DNA of 64,000 nt, from NCBI GenBank assembly GCA_963676835.2, contig CAXXFF010000002.1:256001-320000 (forward strand). Reading direction: 5' to 3'. This document shows positions 16,244 through 26,766 of the stretch, in pieces (position 1 is the first letter of the stretch; each line of letters begins with the position of its first letter). The translations under genes were made by a program, and so were the position numbers. The notes beneath the pieces are model-generated. The model searched no databases and was not told the DNA's origin. It saw nothing but the letters and a program-made list of their open reading frames with translations. Source of the DNA: Marispirochaeta sp. Lineage in GTDB: Bacteria > Spirochaetota > Spirochaetia > JC444 > Marispirochaetaceae.

Positions 16244-18298
16244 TCAAGGTGCCTGCAGAAGCCGCCGGCCGCTTCCTTCGGCCAGGGTAAATTGCTGGAT
16301 AAGCTTCCGCAGCTCTTCTGACTGCCCTGCAAGTTCTTCCGCCGCAGCAGCACTTTCCTCTGCACTGGCCGTATTTGCCTGGGTCACATCATCTATCAGG
16401 CCGACTCCTTCCGAAATCTGGGTAAGTCCCTGTGCCTGCTCCCTGCTGGCCGATGCAATTTCTTCCAGCAGCGCGGCTACCTTGCCTACACCGTTTACAA
16501 TCAACTCAAGCTGTCCGGCAGTCTGCTCAACCAGGCGGTTTCCCTCACCGGAACGCTCCACCGAAAGATCAACTATAGCGGTTGTCTCTTTTACCGCCTG
16601 GGCACTTCTGGAGGCAAGGTTGCGCACCTCATCTGCAACTACGGCAAATCCCCTCCCGTATTTACCCGCCCGGGCGGCTTCAACATTGGCGTTCAAAGCC
16701 AGGAGATTTATCTGAAAGGCAATGTCATCAATAACCCGGACAACCTTCTTGATCTCTTCCGACCCCGAATTTATCTGAGACATGGCATTTACCAGTTCAT
16801 CCATGGAGTGGCTGCCTCCAAGGGCATTTTCCCGGGCCTCGACGGCCATTTTATTTGCCTCTGTTGCACTGGATGCATTCATGGAGGCCTGTCCGTTAAT
16901 CTGGGTAATGGAAGATGATATTTCCTCCAGGGAACTTGCCTGTTCAGTGGCCCCCTGGGATAGAGTCTGGCTGGCCTGGCTTACCTGGTCCGCCCCTCCG
17001 GCTACCTGATCAATAGCCCGGTGTACCTGACTCAGCAGATCTGTAAGAGACTGCTGCATACTTATCATGGATGTCCCCAGAATATCATTCCGGCCCGCCA
17101 GAACAATTTTTCCGGAGAAATCACCGGATGCAATCACTTGAAGAGCATCAGCTTTCTGCTTAAGGGCCTCTACCATATCAAGTACCGAGCGGTACACTCC
17201 AATGGTATTTTCCCTCTCCATGACGATACCATCCAGATCTCCCGCAGCAACTGTTTCTGCTATCTTTACCAGTTCTGCAGGATCACGGCCCAGCTGCCGG
17301 AGAATACTGCGGGTTGTTAAAACTGCAAGAAAAATCCCGCCGCCGAGAGCTGCCAAAGCAATCACCAGAACCATGATAATAATCTGCTCAACCCGGGATT
17401 TCATTACCCTGTCCGCTTCCGCGGCATTATCCTTGTAATACTCCACCAGTCCGGCAAGGGCTTTCTGCGTCGCCGCCAGTGCCGGCAGAGTCTCATCATT
17501 AAAGATTTTTACCGCTTCCGCCTGACGTTCAAGCAGGCCTTCAAGGTAAGCAACGGTCTGTTCTTTCTTTGTCCTCAGATCATCCAGCAGAGGAAGAATT
17601 ACCTGGTTGTACTGACGTATCGCATCCGCCCGGTCCCCCCTGGCAATGGCATCAATAATTAATTCAGCCGACCTGTGCAGAGATGCATGAGGCTGTTCCC
17701 ATTCATCAAGAAGCTTTTTAAACCGGGGATCTTCGGCAGAATAACTATAGTACCAGCTGCCGAAGTTACATTTCCGGGGATCCGTCTCCCCGACAAAGCT
17801 GTTACCGCTCATAATAAGCAGGTTCAGCCGGGCTATCCATTCAAGATGATCTATCCAGGCGCGCTCCAGCATAACAATAAGATCTTTATCAAACTCTACA
17901 TATACCTCATTAATCCTCCCGGCTGTGGCATGCATAGCTTCATGGGGCGGCTTGATTGCTTCAATCAGAGCGTAAAGCTCTGGATCATTCTCCGCCCTGC
18001 TGGCCATATCGCCGTCATATATCCACCGGCCAAGTCCGCACTGCGTGCAGTCGGTTTCCACATCGAGGGAGGAAACTGATTCCAGCAGAAAAAGATCCGT
18101 AACATCATTAATCCAGTGAAGATGATCAATCTCTTTTTCCAGTGCGAATGCCTGAAGAGAGTTCTCCTGCACAGCACGTGCACCCAGAGCCGCGACATCC
18201 ATAAATCGATAGACACTGAGAAGGGAGACAGCCAGGATTATAAGAATCATTACTGCAAATCCCGCAGTCAATTTTGCCCGAAGGGTTAATTTTTTCAT
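16244..18298 (-). CDS. Methyl-accepting chemotaxis protein with two CZB (zinc-binding) domains between its TM helices
   Basis: IAFQINLLALNANVEAARAG signalling hairpin; two DHLxW...C.(L/F)G.W...H...H motifs; likely start ATG 18298 (MKKLTL) after GGAGG. Confidence 0.92.
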   Translation of the reverse strand: MKKLTLRAKLTAGFAVMILIILAVSLLSVYRFMDVAALGARAVQENSLQAFALEKEIDHLHWINDVTDLFLLESVSSLDVETDCTQCGLGRWIYDGDMASRAENDPELYALIEAIKPPHEAMHATAGRINEVYVEFDKDLIVMLERAWIDHLEWIARLNLLIMSGNSFVGETDPRKCNFGSWYYSYSAEDPRFKKLLDEWEQPHASLHRSAELIIDAIARGDRADAIRQYNQVILPLLDDLRTKKEQTVAYLEGLLERQAEAVKIFNDETLPALAATQKALAGLVEYYKDNAAEADRVMKSRVEQIIIMVLVIALAALGGGIFLAVLTTRSILRQLGRDPAELVKIAETVAAGDLDGIVMERENTIGVYRSVLDMVEALKQKADALQVIASGDFSGKIVLAGRNDILGTSMISMQQSLTDLLSQVHRAIDQVAGGADQVSQASQTLSQGATEQASSLEEISSSITQINGQASMNASSATEANKMAVEARENALGGSHSMDELVNAMSQINSGSEEIKKVVRVIDDIAFQINLLALNANVEAARAGKYGRGFAVVADEVRNLASRSAQAVKETTAIVDLSVERSGEGNRLVEQTAGQLELIVNGVGKVAALLEEIASASREQAQGLTQISEGVGLIDDVTQANTASAEESAAAAEELAGQSEELRKLIQQFTLAEGSGRRLLQAP

Positions 18299-18347
18299 TA
18301 TTTCCTCCACTTTTCAGAAATTTCCCTAATTCCTTACTAGTGTGGAG

Positions 18348-18376
18348 AAAAAAAGGCGGAATTGCAAATTCCGCCT
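18348..18376 (-). terminator. Rho-independent terminator after slyX
   Basis: Stem AGGCGGAATT-gca-AATTCCGCCT followed on the minus strand by a T run (A run 18348-18354). Confidence 0.8.
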
Positions 18377-18381
18377 GAAAT

Positions 18382-18582
18382 TTAGTAATGGGGAGGCCGT
18401 GTATGGGGAAGATTTTCCCCGGACAGCTCCCGCAGTTCCTGAACCCGTTTGGTCAGCAGCGAGAGAGATGCCTTCAGGGTATCGATCTCCTTCTGCTGAC
18501 CTATTACAGTTTCATTGAGATCCGCCACCAGGGATTCCTGATAGCTCAATTTCATTTCCAGCTCCATGAGCCGTTTTTCCAT
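18382..18582 (-). CDS. slyX: SlyX family protein
   Basis: RLMELEMKLSYQE...LN..VI.QQ..ID.L; C-terminal PPHY. Confidence 0.92.
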   Translation of the reverse strand: MEKRLMELEMKLSYQESLVADLNETVIGQQKEIDTLKASLSLLTKRVQELRELSGENLPHTRPPHY

Positions 18583-18612
18583 ACAATGCCTCCAGGGCGG
18601 AAGTTATCAGGA

Positions 18613-20676
18613 TCAGAATGAAAGCTTCAGCTTGCTCCCGGCTTTATCCAGCAGGTCCTGAGCCTGATCCTGAATCCCGGCGGTAATTTCCGCACTGCGT
18701 TTTTCCAGAGCCTTCCGTTTTTCATCCACCGAACGGCTCAGATCATCTGCAGATTCAAGCCCCTTGTTCAGATCTCCGCCATACTCATTAAAAAGATTAT
18801 TCAGCTTTTCGTTCTCTTCAAGCTTACCGGAAAGTTCATCCTGCAGAGCCTGCTTGAGATCTTCCTTCAGCTCATCCGCCCGGTCCTGCAGATACTCCCC
18901 GGCCTTTTCCGCCAGTACGGAATCCAGGGTACTGGATATTCGAAAAGAACTTATTTCATTACCCTCAGCTTCAAATTCAAGCTGGAATTCTGCCGTGTCC
19001 GTTTCTTCAAGAATCTCCCGGACCGCCTCTGCGAGGGGGTCCCCGGATGAGTCGTAGACACCCTTAAAGGCACCAAGAACAAGCAGACCTTCACCACTGC
19101 CACGGCCCTCGGGCAAAACGGAAAAGGAAAGAGTTCCCCCGGCAGCACCGGAAAGGTCTTTAATCCCCAGTCCGGAGAGCGCCGATCCCGCATCGAATGA
19201 CCCGCCGTCCATATCTGCTTCCAGGGAGAAAACTGTATCGGCATTGCTGCGGACATCCACTGCCCCGGCGGCTGAAATATCAATTCCGGTGGTGGATGAA
19301 TCCCATGAATAGGCAAAAGGCTTACCCCAGACATCCGGATCTGAGTTTATATCATCTGCCTTCAGGCGCATAAAAGGATCACTGCCCTCACTTCCGCTGG
19401 AAACCCGAAACTCCTGAATAAGAAAACGGGGGAATCCCTGTACCGGGAAATAGACCCGTTCACCCTTGCGGGAGAGCACGGCTGTTTTTTCTTCATCAGC
19501 GGACTCATTCTTTTTAAGTCCCTTTGCAGCATCCAGGACCTTCATGGCTTTATCATAGTAGCCGCCGATCTTTGCCCGCAGAATATTCTCCGCCGCCTGG
19601 GATGCAATACCTTTAAGGGTTCCCGTGGGATTGCCCACAACATCTTCGAGAAGCCGGTAATCCGCAGCGACAGCATCGGTAATTCCGTCCTGAAGCTGTA
19701 TGAGCTCCCTGCGGTCGCGGTTGAAATCGGCAGAGGTTTCTCCTGCGGTTTTAACCGCCTTTTCTACCGCCGGCGAATTATCATTAAGTATCTTTAACGC
19801 CGCAGCGGCCTCTTCCGGACTGTCGATTGAACCGACATCGATGGCCGCAATCTTATCCGCACCCCGGCGGCCGGCGGCAAGATCGGCATCGAGGGTATCA
19901 ATACGACCAGGCCAGGTATCGACTGCTTCAGTGTAGGCACTGTTTACCGTGTCGATATACTGAGGGCTTTCAAGGCGGGACATCTGATCATCCAGAATCG
20001 CCTGGGGATCCATATCTGCAATCAGCCCTCCCCCGGAATCTGCTGCAGGTGCAGAATCTCCGGGGTCAGTACTTTCAGAAATCCCGGTTTCTGCTTCTGA
20101 CCCGGTTCGTACAGTTCCCAGGGCAATTCCATCTGCGATTATACGATCTATGACCATACGCTTTTTCAAGAGTTCCCAGATATTGACCTTTACTTCAGAA
20201 GCACCCAGTTCGAAAAGGTTGGTCGAAGGCTTTTCCTTATCCGCCACAGCAAGGGAAGAAAAAGAGACGGAGCCGCTGAAGATACTCAGATGGGCATCCT
20301 CCACGTCGGCTGGGGCGGCAAAAACCGCCGCCAGTCCTGCTTCCATCCCCTGTTCAAGGAGCTTGTCTTTAAAGAGAAAATTGAAAATCAGGGCGGCAGC
20401 AAGAATAACCAGAAGAATGGCGGCTTTCCATCCGGTTACAAGGCCCTTGTTCTTTTTTACCGATTTCATCAAGGCCTTAAGATGTTTCCCGCTCTTTTTA
20501 TCCAGTTCCTGGTTCAGGATATAGCGCCCCTCGCTGTCCTTTGTTACCAGGCTCAGAAGAAACTCTTTCTCCTTTTCCACATAAATGCGTTTGAGAATCT
20601 TTTTGTTGAATTTCTTTTCCGGAACAGGTTTTCTGAATACCTTAGGTGGCTTCACCGGCTTTTTCTGTCTGCTCAT
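18613..20676 (-). CDS. TIGR03545 family protein
   Basis: TM helix then ...L.VADKEKP..NLFE..., coiled coils; paired with a TIGR03546-like gene. Confidence 0.75.
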   Translation of the reverse strand: MSRQKKPVKPPKVFRKPVPEKKFNKKILKRIYVEKEKEFLLSLVTKDSEGRYILNQELDKKSGKHLKALMKSVKKNKGLVTGWKAAILLVILAAALIFNFLFKDKLLEQGMEAGLAAVFAAPADVEDAHLSIFSGSVSFSSLAVADKEKPSTNLFELGASEVKVNIWELLKKRMVIDRIIADGIALGTVRTGSEAETGISESTDPGDSAPAADSGGGLIADMDPQAILDDQMSRLESPQYIDTVNSAYTEAVDTWPGRIDTLDADLAAGRRGADKIAAIDVGSIDSPEEAAAALKILNDNSPAVEKAVKTAGETSADFNRDRRELIQLQDGITDAVAADYRLLEDVVGNPTGTLKGIASQAAENILRAKIGGYYDKAMKVLDAAKGLKKNESADEEKTAVLSRKGERVYFPVQGFPRFLIQEFRVSSGSEGSDPFMRLKADDINSDPDVWGKPFAYSWDSSTTGIDISAAGAVDVRSNADTVFSLEADMDGGSFDAGSALSGLGIKDLSGAAGGTLSFSVLPEGRGSGEGLLVLGAFKGVYDSSGDPLAEAVREILEETDTAEFQLEFEAEGNEISSFRISSTLDSVLAEKAGEYLQDRADELKEDLKQALQDELSGKLEENEKLNNLFNEYGGDLNKGLESADDLSRSVDEKRKALEKRSAEITAGIQDQAQDLLDKAGSKLKLSF

Positions 20677-21209
20677 ACCAGACCTCCCGGAATACTGCTC
20701 ACCTTACCCACAGCCTTACCGATCTTTTTCACCAGCGGAAGCCGCTGAAAGGCTTTAACCAGACGGCTGTTAGCCAGAAGCGGCCAGAGCCGGTTGCGGT
20801 AGAGCCGCACAAGCAGTGCGAAAAGAAGAAAAACCGGAACCCAGAGAACAATGCCAGCAGCCAGGCCTCCGGTTACCAGGGAATTGTTGAAATCCGTATA
20901 GGGGACCAGAGGCATGTTTATCATGGCGGTAAAAAGTGAGTTCAGTCCCCCGATATTCAATATGCTCAACCCGACCCGACTGATAAATGGATCAAGGAAG
21001 GGAACTCCCAGCCTTGCCAGGGCCATTACAAACAGAGCTGTAGCCAGATGCACTTTAAGAAAAAAGACAATAATAAAAAGCAGAATCCAGAGAAGGTTGC
21101 CGCCGGGAATAAGCGCCAGCATAAGACCGAAAGCCGCTGCGGCGGCTATCTCACCGGGCCGTGAATTGGCATTCAGGGCTGCAAGCAGTTTGGCGATCAT
21201 GGTTATCAT
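20673..21209 (-). CDS. TIGR03546 family membrane protein
   Basis: LNAN.RPGEIAAA..FG, P.VPYTDFNNSLVTGG motifs. Confidence 0.82.
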   Translation of the reverse strand: MITMIAKLLAALNANSRPGEIAAAAAFGLMLALIPGGNLLWILLFIIVFFLKVHLATALFVMALARLGVPFLDPFISRVGLSILNIGGLNSLFTAMINMPLVPYTDFNNSLVTGGLAAGIVLWVPVFLLFALLVRLYRNRLWPLLANSRLVKAFQRLPLVKKIGKAVGKVSSIPGGLV

Positions 21210-21245
21210 GATTCACTCCTTTTTTCCATTCACAATTTTACTGCA

Positions 21246-22211
21246 CTAGGGTGCAGATACCTTGTTAAGTATAAAAATTTCGGGACGGTACTCAAAGTGG
21301 ATAGTATCAAAATACACCCATTTGCCCCCCCAGACAAACCCGTGTTTTTCAAATGCCTCGATAAACCCCTCCGGCGGATGGTAGCGCTTCTCGTAAGGAA
21401 GGGCAAACCATTCCGGAAAGTTGGCGGCAGCCCAGCGCCAGTAGGCCTGTTTTCCTGCGTAACTTTTGGGAAGAAGATCCACTGCAACACCGTATGAGTG
21501 AAAACTCATGGATCCTGTTCCGGCAATGGCCCGCCAGTTGTAGGCATCAAAGCCGGCAAGGGAAGCAACAAACCTGCGGACTTCAGTGTCAGTAAGACTC
21601 AATGCCTGAATATCTTCCTCCACCGCCGCCAGATCTTCAAGCAGTTCCCGGTGAATTTCCAGTTTATGTCCCAGAAAATAGGTTGTTTTCATCCGGGCCC
21701 AGCTGCTGGCGCGGTCATCAATACGCCAGAGGGTATTAAAGAACCCGGGATAACGCCTGGGCGGATTCTCTTCTCTGTTGGCAGCCATGCCCCGGATACG
21801 TTCAGCTGCAGCACTGCCGGATACAACAGGCTCAGGCATACCTGAGGGATAGCGGTAAAAAGGATGAGGAGAAAACTCATCCGACCGGGATAGAAGCTCC
21901 TCAGGGAGGAGTTTTCCCTCCGCCCAGAAGAACCGGGAACCTTTCACTCTGAGGGCATAATCACCGTTGATGAATTCCACGCCATCTATTTTATCCGGGT
22001 AGGCCTGCTGCAGAGCAAGCAGAACATCCCTGCCGCTGAAGCGGCGGAACTGCTCCTGGGGAGATTCTGCTGTATCCGCAGCTCTCGACGGTTCCGCACT
22101 GAGGGGAGAAGAAAACACTACTGAACAGAACAGGATACAGAGGATAGGGAAGATCGTCACACATATTCTCCAGATATCTGTCAGCATACTCCTCGCGCTC
22201 CGGGGGGACAA
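21246..22211 (-). CDS. M15-family metallopeptidase (peptidoglycan peptidase); start codon uncertain
   Basis: YNWRAIAGT..MSFHSYGVAVD (SxHxxGxAxD), FEKHGFVWGGKW..FDTIHFEY. Confidence 0.88.
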   Translation of the reverse strand: MSPRSARSMLTDIWRICVTIFPILCILFCSVVFSSPLSAEPSRAADTAESPQEQFRRFSGRDVLLALQQAYPDKIDGVEFINGDYALRVKGSRFFWAEGKLLPEELLSRSDEFSPHPFYRYPSGMPEPVVSGSAAAERIRGMAANREENPPRRYPGFFNTLWRIDDRASSWARMKTTYFLGHKLEIHRELLEDLAAVEEDIQALSLTDTEVRRFVASLAGFDAYNWRAIAGTGSMSFHSYGVAVDLLPKSYAGKQAYWRWAAANFPEWFALPYEKRYHPPEGFIEAFEKHGFVWGGKWVYFDTIHFEYRPEIFILNKVSAP

Positions 22212-22260
22212 GGAGATTCGGTAATTTTTATTATCCTCCCCCCCGCCTGCTTTCTCTTAT

Positions 22261-22289
22261 TTGACAGCCCGCAAAAAGAGACGTACCAT
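22261..22289 (+). promoter_or_regulatory. sigma70-type promoter for the CBS-ACT gene
   Basis: TTGACA-17-TACCAT. Confidence 0.7.
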
Positions 22290-22337
22290 TTACTATATAA
22301 GGGTTCTGTAAAATACCAGTTTCAGGAGGATGCAGTT

Positions 22338-22982
22338 ATGACGGTTGGAAAACGGATGACATCAAACCCGGTTACCATTTTACCCAACGGTTCTGTCGCT
22401 GAAGCACGCAAGATAATGCAGCGGGAGAAAATTCACCGCCTGCCGGTTACCGACAAACATGGAAAACTGGTGGGTATTGTCACTGAAAAAGACCTGTTAA
22501 AAGCTGCACCTTCAGCTGCCACCTCTCTGGATGTCTATGAGATATCAGAGCTGCTTTCGGAACTCAAAGTTGAAACTGTCATGACCCCCGATCCGGTCAG
22601 TATTGACGAATCAACCACCATCGAGGATGCAGCCCGCATAATGTCCGATAACAATATCGGCGGGCTTCCCATACTGCGGGATAATCACATCTGCGGCATC
22701 ATTACCGAATCCGATCTGTTCAAGATCTTCATTGAACTGTTCGGAGCCAGACGTTCCGGTATCCGTGCAACAATTCTGATACCCGAAAAAAGGGGAGAGC
22801 TGGCGGATATAGCCTCGTCCATCCGGGACAAAGGAGGAAACATCATCTCCATCGGCACATTCCTGGGAGATGATATGACCACCACACTCTGCACCATCAA
22901 GGTAGATGAAATTTCCCGGGAAGAGCTGGTCGAGTGCCTGAAACCCTATGTTGTGGAAGTCAGAGACGTACGGGAAGTATAA
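22338..22982 (+). CDS. CBS-pair plus ACT domain protein (AcuB-like)
   Basis: IHRLPV, LVGIVTEKDL, GGLPI, GIITESDLF; C-terminal ACT (G.LADI...I...GGNI). Confidence 0.9.
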   Translation: MTVGKRMTSNPVTILPNGSVAEARKIMQREKIHRLPVTDKHGKLVGIVTEKDLLKAAPSAATSLDVYEISELLSELKVETVMTPDPVSIDESTTIEDAARIMSDNNIGGLPILRDNHICGIITESDLFKIFIELFGARRSGIRATILIPEKRGELADIASSIRDKGGNIISIGTFLGDDMTTTLCTIKVDEISREELVECLKPYVVEVRDVREV

Positions 22983-23054
22983 GACTGCTGACTTGTCAAC
23001 TGACCGGCCGAAGGCTATACTCTATTTAATAACTTCTATCAACATGGTGAATTA

Positions 23055-24272
23055 ATGGAACAAGTTCGGGTACCCGACCTTAAAGAGGGAATGATTCTGG
23101 CAGAAGATGTCCGGGACATGAATGGACGGCGCCTGCTCTCCGCCGGCTGCAGCATAAATGAGAAGTGTCTGCACATTCTCAATACCTGGGGCATCCTTGA
23201 TGTAATGATCAAGAAGCCCTTATCCGGTAAGGATGCTGATCCATCAGAGCTGGCCGAGATAGAAGAAGATGAGGATCAGCAGGAAATTTCCGAACTGTTT
23301 TCACTGGTAAGCAGAAAAGACCCCCTGGTTCAGGAACTCTGGCGGAAAAGTCTCGAAGCCCATGACAGCCGGGGCTACAGCCATTTTCTTGAATATACCG
23401 GAGAACCTGATCCCCTGCAGCGGGGCACCATCCCTGCCAGTCCGGAAGCGGTAATAGAAACAGCAGAATTCACCACTCTTCCGGAAGTTTACCATCACAT
23501 TCTTGAGGTAATTAACGACGAAAAAAGTTCGACCATGGACATTTCCGATGTAATTACCAAAGACCCGAGCTTCACTTCCCGTATACTTAACCTGGCCAAC
23601 AGCTCTTTCTATGCACTGAAAAACAGTGTCGATACCGTCAGTAAGGCGGTTTCCATTATCGGAACCAGGGAACTGGGAACACTGGCCCTGGGCATAACCG
23701 TCAGCAGAAGCCTCCTTCAGACAAAGCATAATGACTACTCCCTGCTTGAGTTCTGGCGTCACAGCGTGGCAACCGCCATCGCAGCCAGAACTCTGGCCAT
23801 TTTTCTGAAGGAGAAAAATACCGAGCGTTTCTTCATCGGCGGACTTCTCCATGATATGGGAAAGATCCTTCTCTATTCACGGCTCAAGGAAGGAATCTAC
23901 TACCTCGATTTTCTCGCAAAGAAACATAAAATGAACCTTCACGCCACAGAGAAGAGTATTCTCGGCTACACCCATGCCGATGTGGGATCAAAACTCTGCG
24001 TAAAATGGAACCTGCCGGAAAACCTCCACTCCATGATCGGCGACCACCACAGTGTTGCCCGGAGCATGCGGTCCTATGAAGCAACCATAATCCATTTTGC
24101 CGATATCATTGCCAACAGCATAAAGAAAGGCACCAGTGGTGAACCTTTTATTCCCCCTATACAGTCTGAAGCCCGGAAATTCCTGCAGATAAGCCCCAGT
24201 GCAGTGGCTGCCATTGTCAGTCAGATAGAAAATAATACCGATGAAATTGCCGGGATCATGCTGAATGACTGA
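23055..24272 (+). CDS. HDOD domain protein with an N-terminal L.EGM.LAEDV module
   Basis: TLPEVY, DPSF..RIL.LANS, FWRHS, GLLHDMGK. Confidence 0.9.
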   Translation: MEQVRVPDLKEGMILAEDVRDMNGRRLLSAGCSINEKCLHILNTWGILDVMIKKPLSGKDADPSELAEIEEDEDQQEISELFSLVSRKDPLVQELWRKSLEAHDSRGYSHFLEYTGEPDPLQRGTIPASPEAVIETAEFTTLPEVYHHILEVINDEKSSTMDISDVITKDPSFTSRILNLANSSFYALKNSVDTVSKAVSIIGTRELGTLALGITVSRSLLQTKHNDYSLLEFWRHSVATAIAARTLAIFLKEKNTERFFIGGLLHDMGKILLYSRLKEGIYYLDFLAKKHKMNLHATEKSILGYTHADVGSKLCVKWNLPENLHSMIGDHHSVARSMRSYEATIIHFADIIANSIKKGTSGEPFIPPIQSEARKFLQISPSAVAAIVSQIENNTDEIAGIMLND

Positions 24273-25416
24273 TTCCCGGAATCTTGAACAGGAAAACAGG
24301 GACTTAAGTGAAAGTCTTCTCAATGCCTATGAGATAATTGAGGCTCTGGGTCCCATTTCAGACTGTTTTGAGGTAGTTAAGGATTCTCTGCCCCAGGACC
24401 ATATCCTGGATCTTACGGATAATCAGATCCGCAGGCTTTTTCCCTTTCACACCACTGCTTTCTTCCTGTTTCCTCCTGAGAATGATGAACTGGAATGCCA
24501 TAAATGCCTCCCCCCGGATGCAAAAGACCATGTTGAAAAACTGATTATCGAAGAAACAGAAAACGGGAACATCCACATAGCACTGCGGGATCAGAGCCCC
24601 ATGCTGAGGCATATTCCCGGGGAAAAAAATGAACGGCTTCTTATCCACAGCATTGGCACCAGCAGACGCAGCCGGGGAATTTTTGCCGGCATCTACCGGG
24701 CAGGAAGCAAAAACAGCGACAGACTCAGCCAGCTGCTGCTCACCCTGGTTCTTTCCCAGACAAGCAATGCCCTGGACAGCGCCGATCTGTATACAGAAAT
24801 GCAGCGCTTCCGCAGACTCCTGACAGGAACAAAAGAGCAGCATAGAATACTCTTTCAAAAGATAAACAGTGGTGTAGACCGCATGTTCAGCCTGTTCCAG
24901 CGGCTTTCCAGCGAGGAAACAGACTCAAGCCCCAGGGAAAATAATGCCCGGCTGTCGATTATGCGCTGGACTTATAACAAATTTACCAGCAGCGGAACAC
25001 CGGAAAATCAGGAAGCAAGCCGCTTTCTTTCGGACCTTACCGAAAACTATGAAGCAACCTTCGGATATGCCCGGCATTCAGTACGATTATACGGTTCCAA
25101 CGAGAACAGACTGTTGAATCTGGATACCGCCGTGCCTCTGGCAATTGCTCTTTTTGAACTTCTTGCTCTGATTTTTCATCGCAGCAGCACCCCTCCGGAA
25201 AATCCCATCGACCTGTCCATAAATGAAATTGATTCATCCTGGGAAATACGGATAAAGGAAGATCAGCTTAAGGATCTTCCCGATCCGGACTCTGAGGAAG
25301 CAGAACTGTTTACACATATTGTTTTTAATGAACTGGGAGGAACAATCCTCACTCCCGGAAAGGGCAAGCGGAAGATTGCAGGGATCAGGTTAAGCGGCAC
25401 CAGCCACCTAACCTGA
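24265..25416 (+). CDS. GAF-like sensor fused to a degenerate HisKA_2/HATPase-like region
   Basis: GAF-like N-terminal half; LDTAVPLAIALFEL and ELGG resemble HisKA_2-type kinases, but the His and N/G boxes are absent. Confidence 0.5.
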   Translation: MTDSRNLEQENRDLSESLLNAYEIIEALGPISDCFEVVKDSLPQDHILDLTDNQIRRLFPFHTTAFFLFPPENDELECHKCLPPDAKDHVEKLIIEETENGNIHIALRDQSPMLRHIPGEKNERLLIHSIGTSRRSRGIFAGIYRAGSKNSDRLSQLLLTLVLSQTSNALDSADLYTEMQRFRRLLTGTKEQHRILFQKINSGVDRMFSLFQRLSSEETDSSPRENNARLSIMRWTYNKFTSSGTPENQEASRFLSDLTENYEATFGYARHSVRLYGSNENRLLNLDTAVPLAIALFELLALIFHRSSTPPENPIDLSINEIDSSWEIRIKEDQLKDLPDPDSEEAELFTHIVFNELGGTILTPGKGKRKIAGIRLSGTSHLT

Positions 25417-25436
25417 CCGCTTGGATATCAGGCTTA

Positions 25437-26726
25437 TCAGCCTGCAGCAGACCGGATCGCCTGATCCAGATCCTCAAGAATATCGTCAATATTCTCAAGA
25501 CCGATGGAGAGCCGGATAAGCTCCGGCTTTACCCCGGCGGCTACCATATCCTCGGGAGACAACTGGGAGTGGGTTGTACTTGCCGGGTGAATAACCAGAC
25601 TCTTCGCATCCCCCACGTTGGCAACATGGGAAAAGAGCTTCATGCTGTTTACAAAAGCGGCCCCATTCTCCGATCCGCCTTTTATTCCAAAAACAACCAT
25701 TCCCCCGAAGCCTCTCTTCAGATATTTGACATTCCGGTCGTAGGCTTCATTGGACTTCAGTCCGGGATAGCTGACCCAGGCAACCCCGGGATGCTTTTCC
25801 AGAAACTGTGCAGTTTTCAGGGCATTCTCACTGTGCCTCTCCATGCGCAATGCAAGGGTTTCCAGCCCCTGCAGGAATATCCAGGCATTATCCGGTGAAA
25901 TTGCCGCTCCAAGATTTCTCAGCGGAACAAGCCGCATACGCATAATGTATGCTATCGGGTTGAGCTCCCCTAGATCATGGGCATAGCGGACTCCATGGTA
26001 GGAGGGATCCGGTTCGTTAAAGAGTTTGAATTTCGGATCGGTCCAGTCAAACTTGCCGGAGTCAATCACGATTCCGCCGATTCCGGCGCCGTGTCCGCCA
26101 AGCCATTTGGTCAGGGAATGCACCACAATGTCAGCACCGTAATCGATGGGGCGGAGAAGATAGGGCGTTGTAAAGGTGGAATCTACTATCAATGGCAGCC
26201 TATGACTGTGGGCCAGTGCAGAGATTTTCTCGATGTCCGCAACAACCAGTCCGGGGTTGCCGATAGTCTCGTAATAAACCGCCCGGGTTTTTTCGTTAAT
26301 AGCCTTTTCCAGCTCTGCAAGATCTTCAGGATCAACAAAGCGTACCTTTATTCCGAACTGCGGCAGGATATCGTGGAACATGGTGTAGGTCCCGCCGTAG
26401 AGATTATTGGATGAGACGATCTCCTCCCCGGCAGATACAATATTAATCACTGCATAAAAGATGGCCGAAGTTCCCGATGCCACCGCCAGAGCGGCTGCAC
26501 CTCCCTCCAGGGCGGCCATACGCTCCTCTAGAACGGCATGGGTCGGGTTCATTAGCCGGGTATAAATATTTCCCAGCTCTTTCAGGGCAAAAAGATTTGC
26601 CGCATATTCCGTGTTTTTGAACAGATAGGCAGACGTCCGGTAAATCGGTACGCCCCGGCTCTGCTGAACCCCTTCAGTTTGCTGGCCCGCGTGCAGGGCC
26701 AGGGTTTCAAATTTATAGTCAGACAT
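25437..26726 (-). CDS. metY: O-acetylhomoserine aminocarboxypropyltransferase/sulfhydrylase
   Basis: [30 protein letters not shown] (PLP Lys), [18 protein letters not shown]. Confidence 0.93.
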   Translation of the reverse strand: MSDYKFETLALHAGQQTEGVQQSRGVPIYRTSAYLFKNTEYAANLFALKELGNIYTRLMNPTHAVLEERMAALEGGAAALAVASGTSAIFYAVINIVSAGEEIVSSNNLYGGTYTMFHDILPQFGIKVRFVDPEDLAELEKAINEKTRAVYYETIGNPGLVVADIEKISALAHSHRLPLIVDSTFTTPYLLRPIDYGADIVVHSLTKWLGGHGAGIGGIVIDSGKFDWTDPKFKLFNEPDPSYHGVRYAHDLGELNPIAYIMRMRLVPLRNLGAAISPDNAWIFLQGLETLALRMERHSENALKTAQFLEKHPGVAWVSYPGLKSNEAYDRNVKYLKRGFGGMVVFGIKGGSENGAAFVNSMKLFSHVANVGDAKSLVIHPASTTHSQLSPEDMVAAGVKPELIRLSIGLENIDDILEDLDQAIRSAAG

Positions 26727-26766
26727 AATTTCCTCCCGAATATCTGTGTGTTCCGGTTCTCATTCC

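Noticed and set aside
26727..26766. SAM or T-box riboswitch for metY/cysK
   Set aside because: The gap is only 40 bp, and the promoter is too close to the rrf2 start to hold such a leader.
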